Assembly: GCA_902602185.1 (NCBI GenBank)
Contig: CACKPV010000004.1
Location: 13,479 to 77,478 of the forward strand
Direction: 5' to 3'
Length of the DNA stretch: 64,000 nucleotides
From: an uncultured SAR86 cluster bacterium
GTDB lineage: Bacteria; Pseudomonadota; Gammaproteobacteria; Magnimaribacterales; D2472
Under the pieces are notes generated by a model. That model did no database searches. It was given only the letters and a program-made list of their open reading frames with translations, and was not told the DNA's origin. This document shows positions 1 through 8,707 of the stretch, one piece after another. Both the position numbers and the translations under genes were made by a program. The first letter of the stretch is position 1. Every line of letters begins with the position of its first letter.

Positions 1-2
1 TC

Positions 3-248
3 CCTTATCTTTACGATGAATCTCAACAAATTGCTCGCCAATTCCAAGCAGAATGTACCCCAGAATTTTACGTTTTTGATTCTAATAATCTGTTAACTTA
101 TCGAGGAAGAGCTGATGATTCCTCACCGAATTCAGGTGCTCCATCCGGAATCGATTTAACCATTGCAATGCGCAATACGATAGATGGTCAAAAGGTAGAT
201 ATTGAACAACACCCTTCAATGGGATGCAATATTAAGTGGAAATCTTAA
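3..248 (+). CDS. Thioredoxin-fold thiol-disulfide oxidoreductase family protein, C-terminal fragment (5' end outside window)
   Basis: Frame +3 is open from the window edge to TAA at 246-248. Translation PYLYDESQQIARQFQAECTPEFYVFDSNNLLTYRGRADDS...HPSMGCNIKWKS resembles the C-terminal half of AhpC/TSA-like thioredoxin-family proteins. Not in the ORF track because it has no start codon in the window. Confidence 0.55.
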   Translation, partial: PYLYDESQQIARQFQAECTPEFYVFDSNNLLTYRGRADDSSPNSGAPSGIDLTIAMRNTIDGQKVDIEQHPSMGCNIKWKS

Positions 249-1712
249 CTAGTTTTGTTGAGCATTAATGTTTGCTTGCTCTATCCATGAGATACGATCT
301 TCTTCACCACCAAATAAATCAGGATCGCGTAATACTTTAGGAAGAGGTTCAGAACGATTCTCACCTATTGGCCATAACGCAAGTTGAGTTTCCATTGATT
401 GAAGTAACAGTGGATTTTCATGAGCAATATTGTTACTTTCAGTAGGATCTTGCATAACATTGAATAACTGGATTTCAGATCCATGTTTTACTAATTTATA
501 TGGCATTTCTAAAAAGGCATAACTATTATTTGCAACATCAGTGACAACATAGGTAGAGGGAACTTTAATATTATTTTTAAAGCTTGGAACCTTTGATACC
601 CCATCAAAATTTTCTTGATTACCCTTATATCCAACCAGTTCAAGTAGGGTAGGCAATATATCCATCATGGATATAAAATTTGTATTTCTTTTTGTTTCTA
701 AATGATTTGGCCACCAAATAGCAGCTGTAACTCTAATACCACCTTCACCAACTGCCATTTTTCCCTCTTGTAAGGGGGCATTACTGCTAGCTCCGTCAAA
801 GGAGCTGCAAATCCATTCAACTACCTTTACCGATAAAGGTCTTTCCCAATCACAGATACCTAAATTTTTAGGCAATGCTAGGAAAGATGGTTCGACTTCA
901 AAATCAGGTATTAATCCACCGTTGTCACTTGCAAAAAAAATGATCGTATTTTCTAAAAGATTTTCTTTCTCAAGAGCATCTATGATGTTGCCAATAGCAT
1001 TATCCATTTCATACACCATTGCTGCATGAATTTGTCTCTTAGAATCTTTAATAAAAGTAAATTTCTCGATACTTTGTTGGGGTGCCTCGTTGGGTGTATG
1101 GGGAGCCCCAAAATTAATATTTAAAAACAGTGGATTAGCTCCAGAATGATTTTCGATTATATCAAGGGCAGCATCTCTTATGAGATGTGTTGCATAGCCA
1201 TCTTGTCTGAGCTCATTTTCATTTTCTTGCCAATCATGACCACCACCATGATTATGGTCATAATAGCCAATTCCTCCCTGTAAGTATCCAAGAAAATAGT
1301 CAAAACCTCTGCGAGTAGGAAAGTAATCTGGTGTGTAGGCACCTAAGTGCCACTTACCTAAAAGAAAGTTTTCGTACCCTAATTCATTGAGATATTCACT
1401 GAGAAGTTTCTCATCAAGATCCAATCCTAATTTTTGATTTTTTGATATGGGTCGAGTGATACCAAGTCTTAAAGCAGACTTTCCTGTCATAAGCTCTGCT
1501 CGTGTTGGACTACAGGTTGGTTGGACGTAAAATCTATCAAGTTCAATGCCCGAACTGATAATTTTGTCAATGTTTGGGGTGGGGATTTCACTCCCATGAT
1601 AACTCACATCATTCCAACCCAAGTCATCAGCAAGAATAATCAGTATATTTGGAGTTTTTGATTCAAGTAAACCCGAAGCAACAATAAAAAAAATTAAAGC
1701 AAGTTCACGCAT
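249..1712 (-). CDS. Type I sulfatase (arylsulfatase family), secreted
   Basis: 487 aa with a hydrophobic N-terminal signal. LIILADDLGWND and CSPTRAELMTGK (C-x-P-x-R formylglycine motif) are present, plus GKWHLG. Confidence 0.9.
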   Translation of the reverse strand: MRELALIFFIVASGLLESKTPNILIILADDLGWNDVSYHGSEIPTPNIDKIISSGIELDRFYVQPTCSPTRAELMTGKSALRLGITRPISKNQKLGLDLDEKLLSEYLNELGYENFLLGKWHLGAYTPDYFPTRRGFDYFLGYLQGGIGYYDHNHGGGHDWQENENELRQDGYATHLIRDAALDIIENHSGANPLFLNINFGAPHTPNEAPQQSIEKFTFIKDSKRQIHAAMVYEMDNAIGNIIDALEKENLLENTIIFFASDNGGLIPDFEVEPSFLALPKNLGICDWERPLSVKVVEWICSSFDGASSNAPLQEGKMAVGEGGIRVTAAIWWPNHLETKRNTNFISMMDILPTLLELVGYKGNQENFDGVSKVPSFKNNIKVPSTYVVTDVANNSYAFLEMPYKLVKHGSEIQLFNVMQDPTESNNIAHENPLLLQSMETQLALWPIGENRSEPLPKVLRDPDLFGGEEDRISWIEQANINAQQN

Positions 1713-2568
1713 TATTTAACTCATACAATTTGTCTTTCAGTTTAATAAGTAATTCTCCATTGTTTTGTTGATGAAAACTGTTTACGATTTGTTTTTCTCT
1801 TGCTCCATAATAATTTAAGATTCCTTCCTTATAACTCGAGCGAGATTGCAGATTCATCCAATATTTTCGGATTCTAGGTGTAAGAGGTGTGGATAAAATA
1901 TCTTCAAGCTGTAAATCTTTTAGTCGATGAAACAGGCACATCATATTGATATCAATATGAGAAAAAGACTTGCCAAAGTAATCATTTTCTAAACTAAGCA
2001 TGTTTTCTATCTTCATCAGTTCATCAATAAAATTACTGACACCCAAATTGGGAAACTTTTTAGCTGCTGAAAAAAAATACATTGAAACAAATATATATTT
2101 GCGTTGTTTAATAGGATGTCTTAAAAGGATTCTTAAAATGGATTTAAAGGGAAGTTTTTTTACCATCATTTGAATTAACGGAGAAGAAAATACTGGAAGA
2201 ATCGTGCCTATAGTCTCGGCAAACCCAACACCTTCAGTAATAGTAGTATCAGAGACCCATTGTTCAAATTCTGATGGATTGTCTTGTGGATATAAATGAA
2301 CATCATTTTTACCTTGTAACGAATCAATGTAATGAATTATTTTTTGACTACCGCAAATTACTGATCCGCAATGAGTTATTACTGGGACGGTTGCTTTAGG
2401 GTTCAGTGCTAAGAACTCTTTGGATAAGTTTTCTCCCTCTGGGTATTGATCACAAAGTTTTATATGATCAAGATGAAAATCAATTCCCTTTTCAAGTAAT
2501 GCCACTCTGACCATCTGACTACATAATGACCAATTAGCATGATAAAGCGTGATCTTTGATTCAGACAT
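1705..2568 (-). CDS. Glutathione S-transferase-like protein (long, GDAP1-like architecture)
   Basis: The N-terminus ITLYHANWSLCSQMVRVALLEKGIDF...VPVITH looks like a GST N-terminal thioredoxin-like domain. It overlaps the sulfatase start by 8 nt. Confidence 0.6.
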   Translation of the reverse strand: MSESKITLYHANWSLCSQMVRVALLEKGIDFHLDHIKLCDQYPEGENLSKEFLALNPKATVPVITHCGSVICGSQKIIHYIDSLQGKNDVHLYPQDNPSEFEQWVSDTTITEGVGFAETIGTILPVFSSPLIQMMVKKLPFKSILRILLRHPIKQRKYIFVSMYFFSAAKKFPNLGVSNFIDELMKIENMLSLENDYFGKSFSHIDINMMCLFHRLKDLQLEDILSTPLTPRIRKYWMNLQSRSSYKEGILNYYGAREKQIVNSFHQQNNGELLIKLKDKLYELNNA

Positions 2569-2574
2569 TGAAAA

Positions 2575-3261
2575 TTAGTCTTTAAATTTTTTAGTCATAT
2601 GTTTGACGGCTTCAAAACCGGCAACAGGTTTTTTACCATCTGGAACAGTATTTCCTTTTTTGATGAGCTCTGAAAACGGTACACCTGATTTAAACATTTC
2701 AAACAAAACTTCTACATCCATGTTGGTACCAATGGGCTCATCTTCAAAGTCAGGTGAAATGTTTTGTTTAAACTCATCTGCAGAGGAAAAATGTTCGAAA
2801 AATATTTCTACTAAATTCCCATCCGGATCCTGATAATAAATACCACTTATCCAACCGTGATTTATTGTCCATAGGGGTATTAATCCTCTTTCTTTAGCAG
2901 CAAAGTAAAAATCAAACCATTTATCAATTGGGTTGATACGATAAGAAATATGATCTAAACCCTGAATAGAAGGAATTTTTTTGTTAAGAAAAAGTTTCAA
3001 TTTCATTATTAGTTTTGGAATGAAGCCAAGATTTCTCAGAACTGCTGAGGTATTAGCAATAGCAATACGATGGTGCTCGTCATCAAATGCTAAGAAAGAC
3101 ATTTGCTTACTTTGATATAAGGGTTCGCAACCAAATAAGTTTTTATAAAACTCTACCATGGATTCATAATTTGTTGTTTTAAAAGCTACATGATGAAAAT
3201 CATCAGGTGAATGTTTTGACGCAAAATTAAGATATAGATCTTTGTTAAAAATTTTTTCCAT
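2575..3261 (-). CDS. VOC (glyoxalase/extradiol dioxygenase) superfamily protein
   Basis: 228 aa. FHHVAFKT...HHRIAI...LDHISYR...DPDGNLVEIF is the pattern of paired beta-alpha-beta-beta-beta modules with His/Glu metal ligands. Confidence 0.65.
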   Translation of the reverse strand: MEKIFNKDLYLNFASKHSPDDFHHVAFKTTNYESMVEFYKNLFGCEPLYQSKQMSFLAFDDEHHRIAIANTSAVLRNLGFIPKLIMKLKLFLNKKIPSIQGLDHISYRINPIDKWFDFYFAAKERGLIPLWTINHGWISGIYYQDPDGNLVEIFFEHFSSADEFKQNISPDFEDEPIGTNMDVEVLFEMFKSGVPFSELIKKGNTVPDGKKPVAGFEAVKHMTKKFKD

Positions 3262-3314
3262 TTAAAAACCTTTAAAGTATTATACTTACACAACCTTATT
3301 TTTATACATACGAT

Positions 3315-4223
3315 ATGAAACTTCTTAGCTTTATTGAAAAAAAAGATAATGCAGTTCAGAAAATTGGAGCTATGCATAATGGTAATATATTAGATTTCTC
3401 CAAGATCAATGTTCCAAAAACTATGATTGATTTTATTGAATTGGGAGATCAAGGATTGGATATTGCGAATGATTATTTAGAATCCAATGTAACAGGAATC
3501 GACCCGAGTGAGATTATCATCAAAGCGCCTATATCCAGACCGAATAAAATACTTGCAGTTGGTTTAAATTATAAAGAGCATGTAGATGAAGCAAAAGATG
3601 TAGCCGAACACCATAGTAGTCAAGTTGAGTTACAAGAACAATTTCCTAATATTTTTAACAAACAAAATTCTTCTGTTAACGATCCTTTTGGTGATGTGCA
3701 TAGACCCAATGCTTCTGATTGGCTAGATTATGAGGGAGAGATGGGTTTTATCATTGGAAAAGAATGTCGCCATGTTCCTTACGATCAAGCTGCATCATGT
3801 ATCTATGGTTATACTGTGGTCAATGATTTTACGATTCGTGACTGGCAGTTCAGAGGGCCGCCACATACCATGACAATGGGAAAATCTTGGGATACCCATT
3901 GTCCATTTGGACCTTATATCGTTACTGCTGATGAAGTTGGGGATCCACATAATCTTTCCTTACATACTTATGTTAATGGGGAGGAGAGGCAAAAGACGAA
4001 TACCGGACTGCTGATATATGATTGTTATACCCTTGTGGAGTATTTATCAACTGCTTTCACGCTGTTACCCGGAGATTTAGTTCCAACAGGAACTCCTCAA
4101 GGATCAGCATTAACCACGCAAAACTGGTTGACTCCCGGTGATTCGGTAAAGGTTGAAATTGAAAAGCTTGGATTTATTGAAAATTCTATAATTCAAGAAC
4201 CTAGAACTACTACTAAATTTTAA
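3315..4223 (+). CDS. Fumarylacetoacetate hydrolase (FAH) family hydrolase/isomerase
   Basis: 302 aa. KILAVGLNYKEH, DYEGEMGFIIGK, FTIRDWQ, GKSWDT and PGDLVPTGTPQG are typical FAH-family blocks. Confidence 0.85.
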   Translation: MKLLSFIEKKDNAVQKIGAMHNGNILDFSKINVPKTMIDFIELGDQGLDIANDYLESNVTGIDPSEIIIKAPISRPNKILAVGLNYKEHVDEAKDVAEHHSSQVELQEQFPNIFNKQNSSVNDPFGDVHRPNASDWLDYEGEMGFIIGKECRHVPYDQAASCIYGYTVVNDFTIRDWQFRGPPHTMTMGKSWDTHCPFGPYIVTADEVGDPHNLSLHTYVNGEERQKTNTGLLIYDCYTLVEYLSTAFTLLPGDLVPTGTPQGSALTTQNWLTPGDSVKVEIEKLGFIENSIIQEPRTTTKF

Positions 4224-4229
4224 AACAAC

Positions 4230-5726
4230 TTGAAAACCTTTGATGTAGCAATTTGTGGATATGGGCCAGTAGGTGCTGTTTTTTCAATATTGTTAGCTCA
4301 ATATGGGTATCAGGTTCTTATCATTGAAAAAAACGAAGGACCATCTCCAACAGCAAGAGCTATCAATACCGATGGGGAACAATTACGCGTTTTTGATAAA
4401 CTCAATATAGCAGAGGAAATTGTTGCTAATTCTAATCAAATTGAAAATATTCATTTTTCTGATGCAAATTTAAAGCCTCTTCAGTCGATTCATCTTGAAC
4501 CTGGTGAGACTGAAATGGGATGGCCAAATCAAGTATTATTTTATCAACCTGAGCTTGAGGGTTTTATCCGGACACAAGTTAATTTGCATAAAAACATAAC
4601 TGTGATGGAATCAAGCACGCTAACTAATTTTAGTAACAATGACAAGGGAGTTGAACTTTATGTTAAGAACTCTAGGGAAACAATAAACATTTTTAGCAAA
4701 TTATTAGTAGGCTGTGATGGTGCCAGTAGTTTTGTCAGGAAACAATTAAATATCGAACTTGAAGATTTTGGGTATAACCAAAGTTGGTTGGTTTGTGATG
4801 CACACCTAACTCAGGAGATATCTTTGCAAAATGCATTGATTCAAGTATGCGATCCCAAGCGACCCTGTACTTTCTTGCATGGAAGAAGAGGGCACCTTAG
4901 ATTTGAATTTCGTGTAATGCCTGAGGACTCAATGGAAGATTTTAAGAATGATGATTATATTTGGAATCTGTTATCGCCTTGGATCAAAAGAGATAATGCA
5001 GTTCTTGAGCGAGCAGCTGTCTATAAATTTCATGCTTGTATTGCTGAGAACTGGAGAGATAAGAATGTGCTAATTGCTGGAGATGCAGCTCATCAAATGC
5101 CACCGTTTATGGGTGCCGGCATGGGTGCTGGCATCCGTGATGTTGCCAATTTAGCATGGAAAATTCATTTACTCTTCCAAAACAAAGCATCACACACAAT
5201 TTTGAATACATATATGCATGAGAGGTTTAATCATGCTAAGTGGACTATCGCACAAACTATATCAATTGGAGAGATAATTGAAGGTTTTTGTGCTGCAGCA
5301 GAAGGTAAAGAATATAACCCAAAATCAACAGGTTATGCAGCCCAATTTCCACACATTTCAGAGGGTATTTATAAAAATTCTAACAATGGCATTAATGGTT
5401 ACCCAATACCTCAACCCAGCATTCAACATCACCAAAGAATAATTAAGTTAGACAAGGTGATTGAATCAAGTTTTACCTTAATTTTTCAATCCAGTAAATT
5501 TTCTTTAAGTCAAAAAGCACAAGCTATTGTTGATCTATTGAACATTAAATTTTTAGAACTATCCAAAGAAGATGATCCGGAAAAAAGATTAAACAAAATA
5601 TTTGAGAACTATGAATATATTTTAGTGCGACCAGATCTATATGTGTATGGTGCTACTTCATCTGATAACTTATCAGATATGATTGAAAGTCTTGGAGATA
5701 AATTTTCACTTAAAATAAAACCTTAA
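4230..5726 (+). CDS. FAD-dependent aromatic-ring monooxygenase (MhpA/PheA-type hydroxylase)
   Basis: TTG start. The Rossmann motif DVAICGYGPVGAV sits at the N-terminus. CDGASSFVRK and GDAAHQMPPFMGAGMGAGIRDVANLAWK are present. Confidence 0.85.
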   Translation: MKTFDVAICGYGPVGAVFSILLAQYGYQVLIIEKNEGPSPTARAINTDGEQLRVFDKLNIAEEIVANSNQIENIHFSDANLKPLQSIHLEPGETEMGWPNQVLFYQPELEGFIRTQVNLHKNITVMESSTLTNFSNNDKGVELYVKNSRETINIFSKLLVGCDGASSFVRKQLNIELEDFGYNQSWLVCDAHLTQEISLQNALIQVCDPKRPCTFLHGRRGHLRFEFRVMPEDSMEDFKNDDYIWNLLSPWIKRDNAVLERAAVYKFHACIAENWRDKNVLIAGDAAHQMPPFMGAGMGAGIRDVANLAWKIHLLFQNKASHTILNTYMHERFNHAKWTIAQTISIGEIIEGFCAAAEGKEYNPKSTGYAAQFPHISEGIYKNSNNGINGYPIPQPSIQHHQRIIKLDKVIESSFTLIFQSSKFSLSQKAQAIVDLLNIKFLELSKEDDPEKRLNKIFENYEYILVRPDLYVYGATSSDNLSDMIESLGDKFSLKIKP

Positions 5727-5741
5727 TACAATACTAAAACC

Positions 5742-7421
5742 ATGAAAAATTATATCTTTCTTTTGTCAATATTTTTTACGTTACCTAGTTTTGCTTATGA
5801 TCGAATAACGGGGGAAAGTTTTGCTACTCGTTCCGAAGTTATTGCTACAAATGGAATGGCTGCAACGAGTCATCCGCTAGCTACACAAACTGCTATTGAT
5901 GTATTAAAAAATGGAGGTAATGCCATTGATGCGGCAATTGCTGCCAATGCTGTTTTAGGATTAGTTGAACCCACCGGTTGTGGTATCGGTGGAGATTTAT
6001 TTGCCATTGTATGGAGTGCTAAAGATAAAAAACTTTATGGCCTAAATGCATCTGGTCCAGCACCACAGACTATTTCAATTGAGACACTTAAAGAAAAAGG
6101 TTTAGACATGATTCCACCATATGGTCCGTTACCAGTAACAGTTCCAGGAGCTGTAGCTGGCTGGTCTGCCTTACATAAACGTTTTGGTAAAAGAGATTTT
6201 TCAACACTGTTTGATAATGCAATAGATTATGCAAACAATGGATTCCCTGTAAGTGAGGTAGTTGCTTATTATCTTGATATTTCATCTAGTAGATTTAAAG
6301 ACTATCCAAATTTTAGTGATGTATGGATGCCTAAAAATAAATCTTTACAAAAAGGTGATATTTTTAAGAATAAAGATTTAGCAAATACCTATTTATCTAT
6401 TGCTGAGTCTTACGGTAGCTCTTTTTATTCGGGAACATTAGCCAAATCAATGACCGAATTTATTCAAGAACAAGGTGGCTACCTTACAATCAATGATATG
6501 AAGAGCTTTCAACCTCAGTGGGTTGAACCAGTTTCTACCAATTATCGGGGTTATGATGTTTGGGAATTACCTCCTAACGGCCAAGGTATTGCAGCTCTGC
6601 AAATTTTAAATATCCTAGAACAATATGACCTGAGATCAATGGGTCATAACACCGCCGAACTGATTCATATTTTTACCGAAGCAAAAAAACTTGCTTACGA
6701 AGATCGAGCAAAATATTATGCTGATCCTAATTTCAATTCCATTCCAGTTAATGAGCTGATTTCAAAAACTTACGCCAAACAACGAAACAAATTAATTAAT
6801 CCCACCCAAGCTGCGAAGAGTTATTTAGCTGGAAAACTTGAAGATGGAGATACTATTTATCTTACAGTTGCTGATAATGAGGGCAACATGGTTTCATTAA
6901 TTCAAAGTAATTATCGAGGTATGGGTTCCGGTATGGTTCCACCCCAATTAGGTTTTATGCTGCAAGATCGAGGTGAGATGTTTAGTCTTGATCCTAATCA
7001 CGCTAATGCATTAGTGGGGGGCAAGCGACCATTTCATACTATTATTCCTGCATTTATTACCAAAGATGATAAACCTTTTATCAGTTTTGGCTTAATGGGA
7101 GGAGGGATGCAACCTCAAGGTCATGCACAAATTGTAATAAATTTAATTGATTTTGATATGAATCTACAAGAAGCTGGAGATGCCGCAAGATTCAGACATT
7201 ATGGTTCATCTGAACCTACGGGTGAACAAATGTTAGATGGTGGTTATCTTAGTCTAGAAACAGGCATAAATGATGATGTGAGACAAGCATTGATCAAACT
7301 AGGTCATCAACTCAAAGATGAACCTGGCGGTTATGGAGGGTATCAAGCCATCAAGATAGACGGATCAGTCTACTACGGAGCTTCAGAAAGTCGTAAAGAT
7401 GGTCATGCTTCTGGATTTTAA
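5742..7421 (+). CDS. ggt: Gamma-glutamyltransferase
   Basis: 559 aa with a signal peptide. Blocks seen: ATSHPLATQ, GGNAIDAAIA, GIGGDLF. An autoprocessing-site-like GDTIYLTVAD is present, and a C-terminal GASESRKDGHASGF. Confidence 0.92.
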   Translation: MKNYIFLLSIFFTLPSFAYDRITGESFATRSEVIATNGMAATSHPLATQTAIDVLKNGGNAIDAAIAANAVLGLVEPTGCGIGGDLFAIVWSAKDKKLYGLNASGPAPQTISIETLKEKGLDMIPPYGPLPVTVPGAVAGWSALHKRFGKRDFSTLFDNAIDYANNGFPVSEVVAYYLDISSSRFKDYPNFSDVWMPKNKSLQKGDIFKNKDLANTYLSIAESYGSSFYSGTLAKSMTEFIQEQGGYLTINDMKSFQPQWVEPVSTNYRGYDVWELPPNGQGIAALQILNILEQYDLRSMGHNTAELIHIFTEAKKLAYEDRAKYYADPNFNSIPVNELISKTYAKQRNKLINPTQAAKSYLAGKLEDGDTIYLTVADNEGNMVSLIQSNYRGMGSGMVPPQLGFMLQDRGEMFSLDPNHANALVGGKRPFHTIIPAFITKDDKPFISFGLMGGGMQPQGHAQIVINLIDFDMNLQEAGDAARFRHYGSSEPTGEQMLDGGYLSLETGINDDVRQALIKLGHQLKDEPGGYGGYQAIKIDGSVYYGASESRKDGHASGF

Positions 7422-7483
7422 CCCTTTTTAATAATATAAAAATATAATATAATATATTATATAAATTACTTATATTAAAAATC

Positions 7484-8128
7484 ATGCAGTTTATGAAGCC
7501 AAAATCCTTCTCAGACTACTTTGCTTTGGCCATGACAAAATTTTTTCGGTTTATTGCAGATACTTTTTTTGCAAAAAGATATGGTCATCGTGCAGTAGTT
7601 CTAGAAACTATTGCTGGTGTTCCAGGAATGGTTGCAGGGATGTTAATTCATCTTAAAAGTCTTAGATCCATGAAAACCGGTTATGGTCCTCAAATAAGAG
7701 AGATGCTAGCTGAAGCAGAAAATGAAAGAATGCATTTAATGTTTTTTATTGAAATTGCTAAACCTAATCTGCTAGAAAGGTCTTTGGTAATTGCAGCTCA
7801 GGGTGTTTTTATGTTTTTTTACACCGTTATGTACATTTGTTTCCCAAAAACTTCTCATAGAATGATTGGATATTTTGAAAATGAAGCTGTAAAAAGTTAT
7901 ACGGAGTATTTAGAACAAGTTGAGTCTGGCCAAGTAATTAACATCCCGGCACCTAAAATTGCTATTGAATATTACAATTTACATCCCACAGCACAATTAT
8001 CAGATTTAATTATTGCTGTGCGCGCCGATGAAATGCATCATGCGGAGGTTAATCATAATTATGCTTCTAGTTTAGTTACTGAAACCCAGCATAATCAAAA
8101 TACTGCTGATAAAAATAAAGCAGCTTAG
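7484..8128 (+). CDS. aox: Alternative oxidase (di-iron ubiquinol oxidase, AOX)
   Basis: 214 aa with all four AOX iron-binding blocks: VVLETIAGVPGMV, ENERMHLMFF, YFENEAVKSY and RADEMHHAEVNH. Confidence 0.85.
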   Translation: MQFMKPKSFSDYFALAMTKFFRFIADTFFAKRYGHRAVVLETIAGVPGMVAGMLIHLKSLRSMKTGYGPQIREMLAEAENERMHLMFFIEIAKPNLLERSLVIAAQGVFMFFYTVMYICFPKTSHRMIGYFENEAVKSYTEYLEQVESGQVINIPAPKIAIEYYNLHPTAQLSDLIIAVRADEMHHAEVNHNYASSLVTETQHNQNTADKNKAA

Positions 8129-8176
8129 TTTTTTATTTTTTTAGTTTTATAATATTTTTTTAACAGGAGAAAATTT

Positions 8177-8665
8177 ATGAAACATTTTTTATTATTAGCA
8201 ATGTTGTTTTCAACAGGCATGTATGCTGACGGGCATACGGATGCTGAAGCAACAGTACTTAAAAACATAGTTGCTTATTGGGATGCTCGAAATGATCGTG
8301 ATTGGGATACGGTTGTTGCCATGAGTAGTTCCTCAGGTATGTTAAATACTAACTCTGATGGTAGTTTCCATAAGCCAAAAAATACTCAAACAGCTCAAGA
8401 TTGGGAGAATCAAACACCCAGTAATGCAGGCATAATTGCAGTTCATGCTGCCGAAGCATACCAATTAAATGATGGTGCTGTTTACGCTCGTTATTATGCA
8501 GAAGGTGTGGTCCCTGATGGTAATGATGGAGTTCGTCCTTATCGAACTAGGGTCACCGGAGTCTGGGTGAAAGAAGGCAAAAACTGGGTAGCAAAAACTA
8601 TGCATTTTTCCTCAGCTGCATATGGGGGAACTCACCAAACGGTTCAAGCTGACTTTGAAGATTAA
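8177..8665 (+). CDS. Secreted NTF2-like (SnoaL/DUF4440-like) protein
   Basis: 162 aa with signal peptide MKHFLLLAMLFSTGMYA. Size and the W-x-x-R...W pattern (YWDARNDRDWDTV...VWVKEGKNWV) fit an NTF2-like fold. This is a weak family call. Confidence 0.45.
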   Translation: MKHFLLLAMLFSTGMYADGHTDAEATVLKNIVAYWDARNDRDWDTVVAMSSSSGMLNTNSDGSFHKPKNTQTAQDWENQTPSNAGIIAVHAAEAYQLNDGAVYARYYAEGVVPDGNDGVRPYRTRVTGVWVKEGKNWVAKTMHFSSAAYGGTHQTVQADFED

Positions 8666-8679
8666 TTCTTAGGTACTAA

Positions 8680-8707
8680 TTTGGCTGCCAAAAGGCAGCC
8701 AAATTTT
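8680..8707 (+). terminator. Intrinsic terminator between convergent genes
   Basis: A perfect 10-bp stem tttggctgcc / ggcagccaaa with an aaaa loop, followed by tttt. It lies directly after the stop at 8665. The T-tract overlaps the stop codon of the minus-strand lipoprotein gene. Confidence 0.7.

Noticed and set aside
2603-2833. Antisense or shadow ORFs inside confidently assigned genes. Examples are 2603-2833, 6088-6285, 9220-9453, 16769-17119, 31445-31726, 37548-37790, 49541-49915, 50172-50444, 52107-52376, 54470-54859, 54756-55013, 56394-56627 and 57102-57344.
   Set aside because: Each lies wholly within a longer ORF that has clear family motifs on the other strand or frame. Their translations are low-complexity with no motifs.
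7422-7483. A 16-bp perfect AT palindrome (atataatatattatat) upstream of the alternative oxidase gene. A similar 12-bp palindrome (atatttaaatat) lies near 45825.
   Set aside because: Pure A/T palindromes of this length are expected by chance in spacers that are almost entirely A and T. They could be operators, but the sequence alone does not support that.
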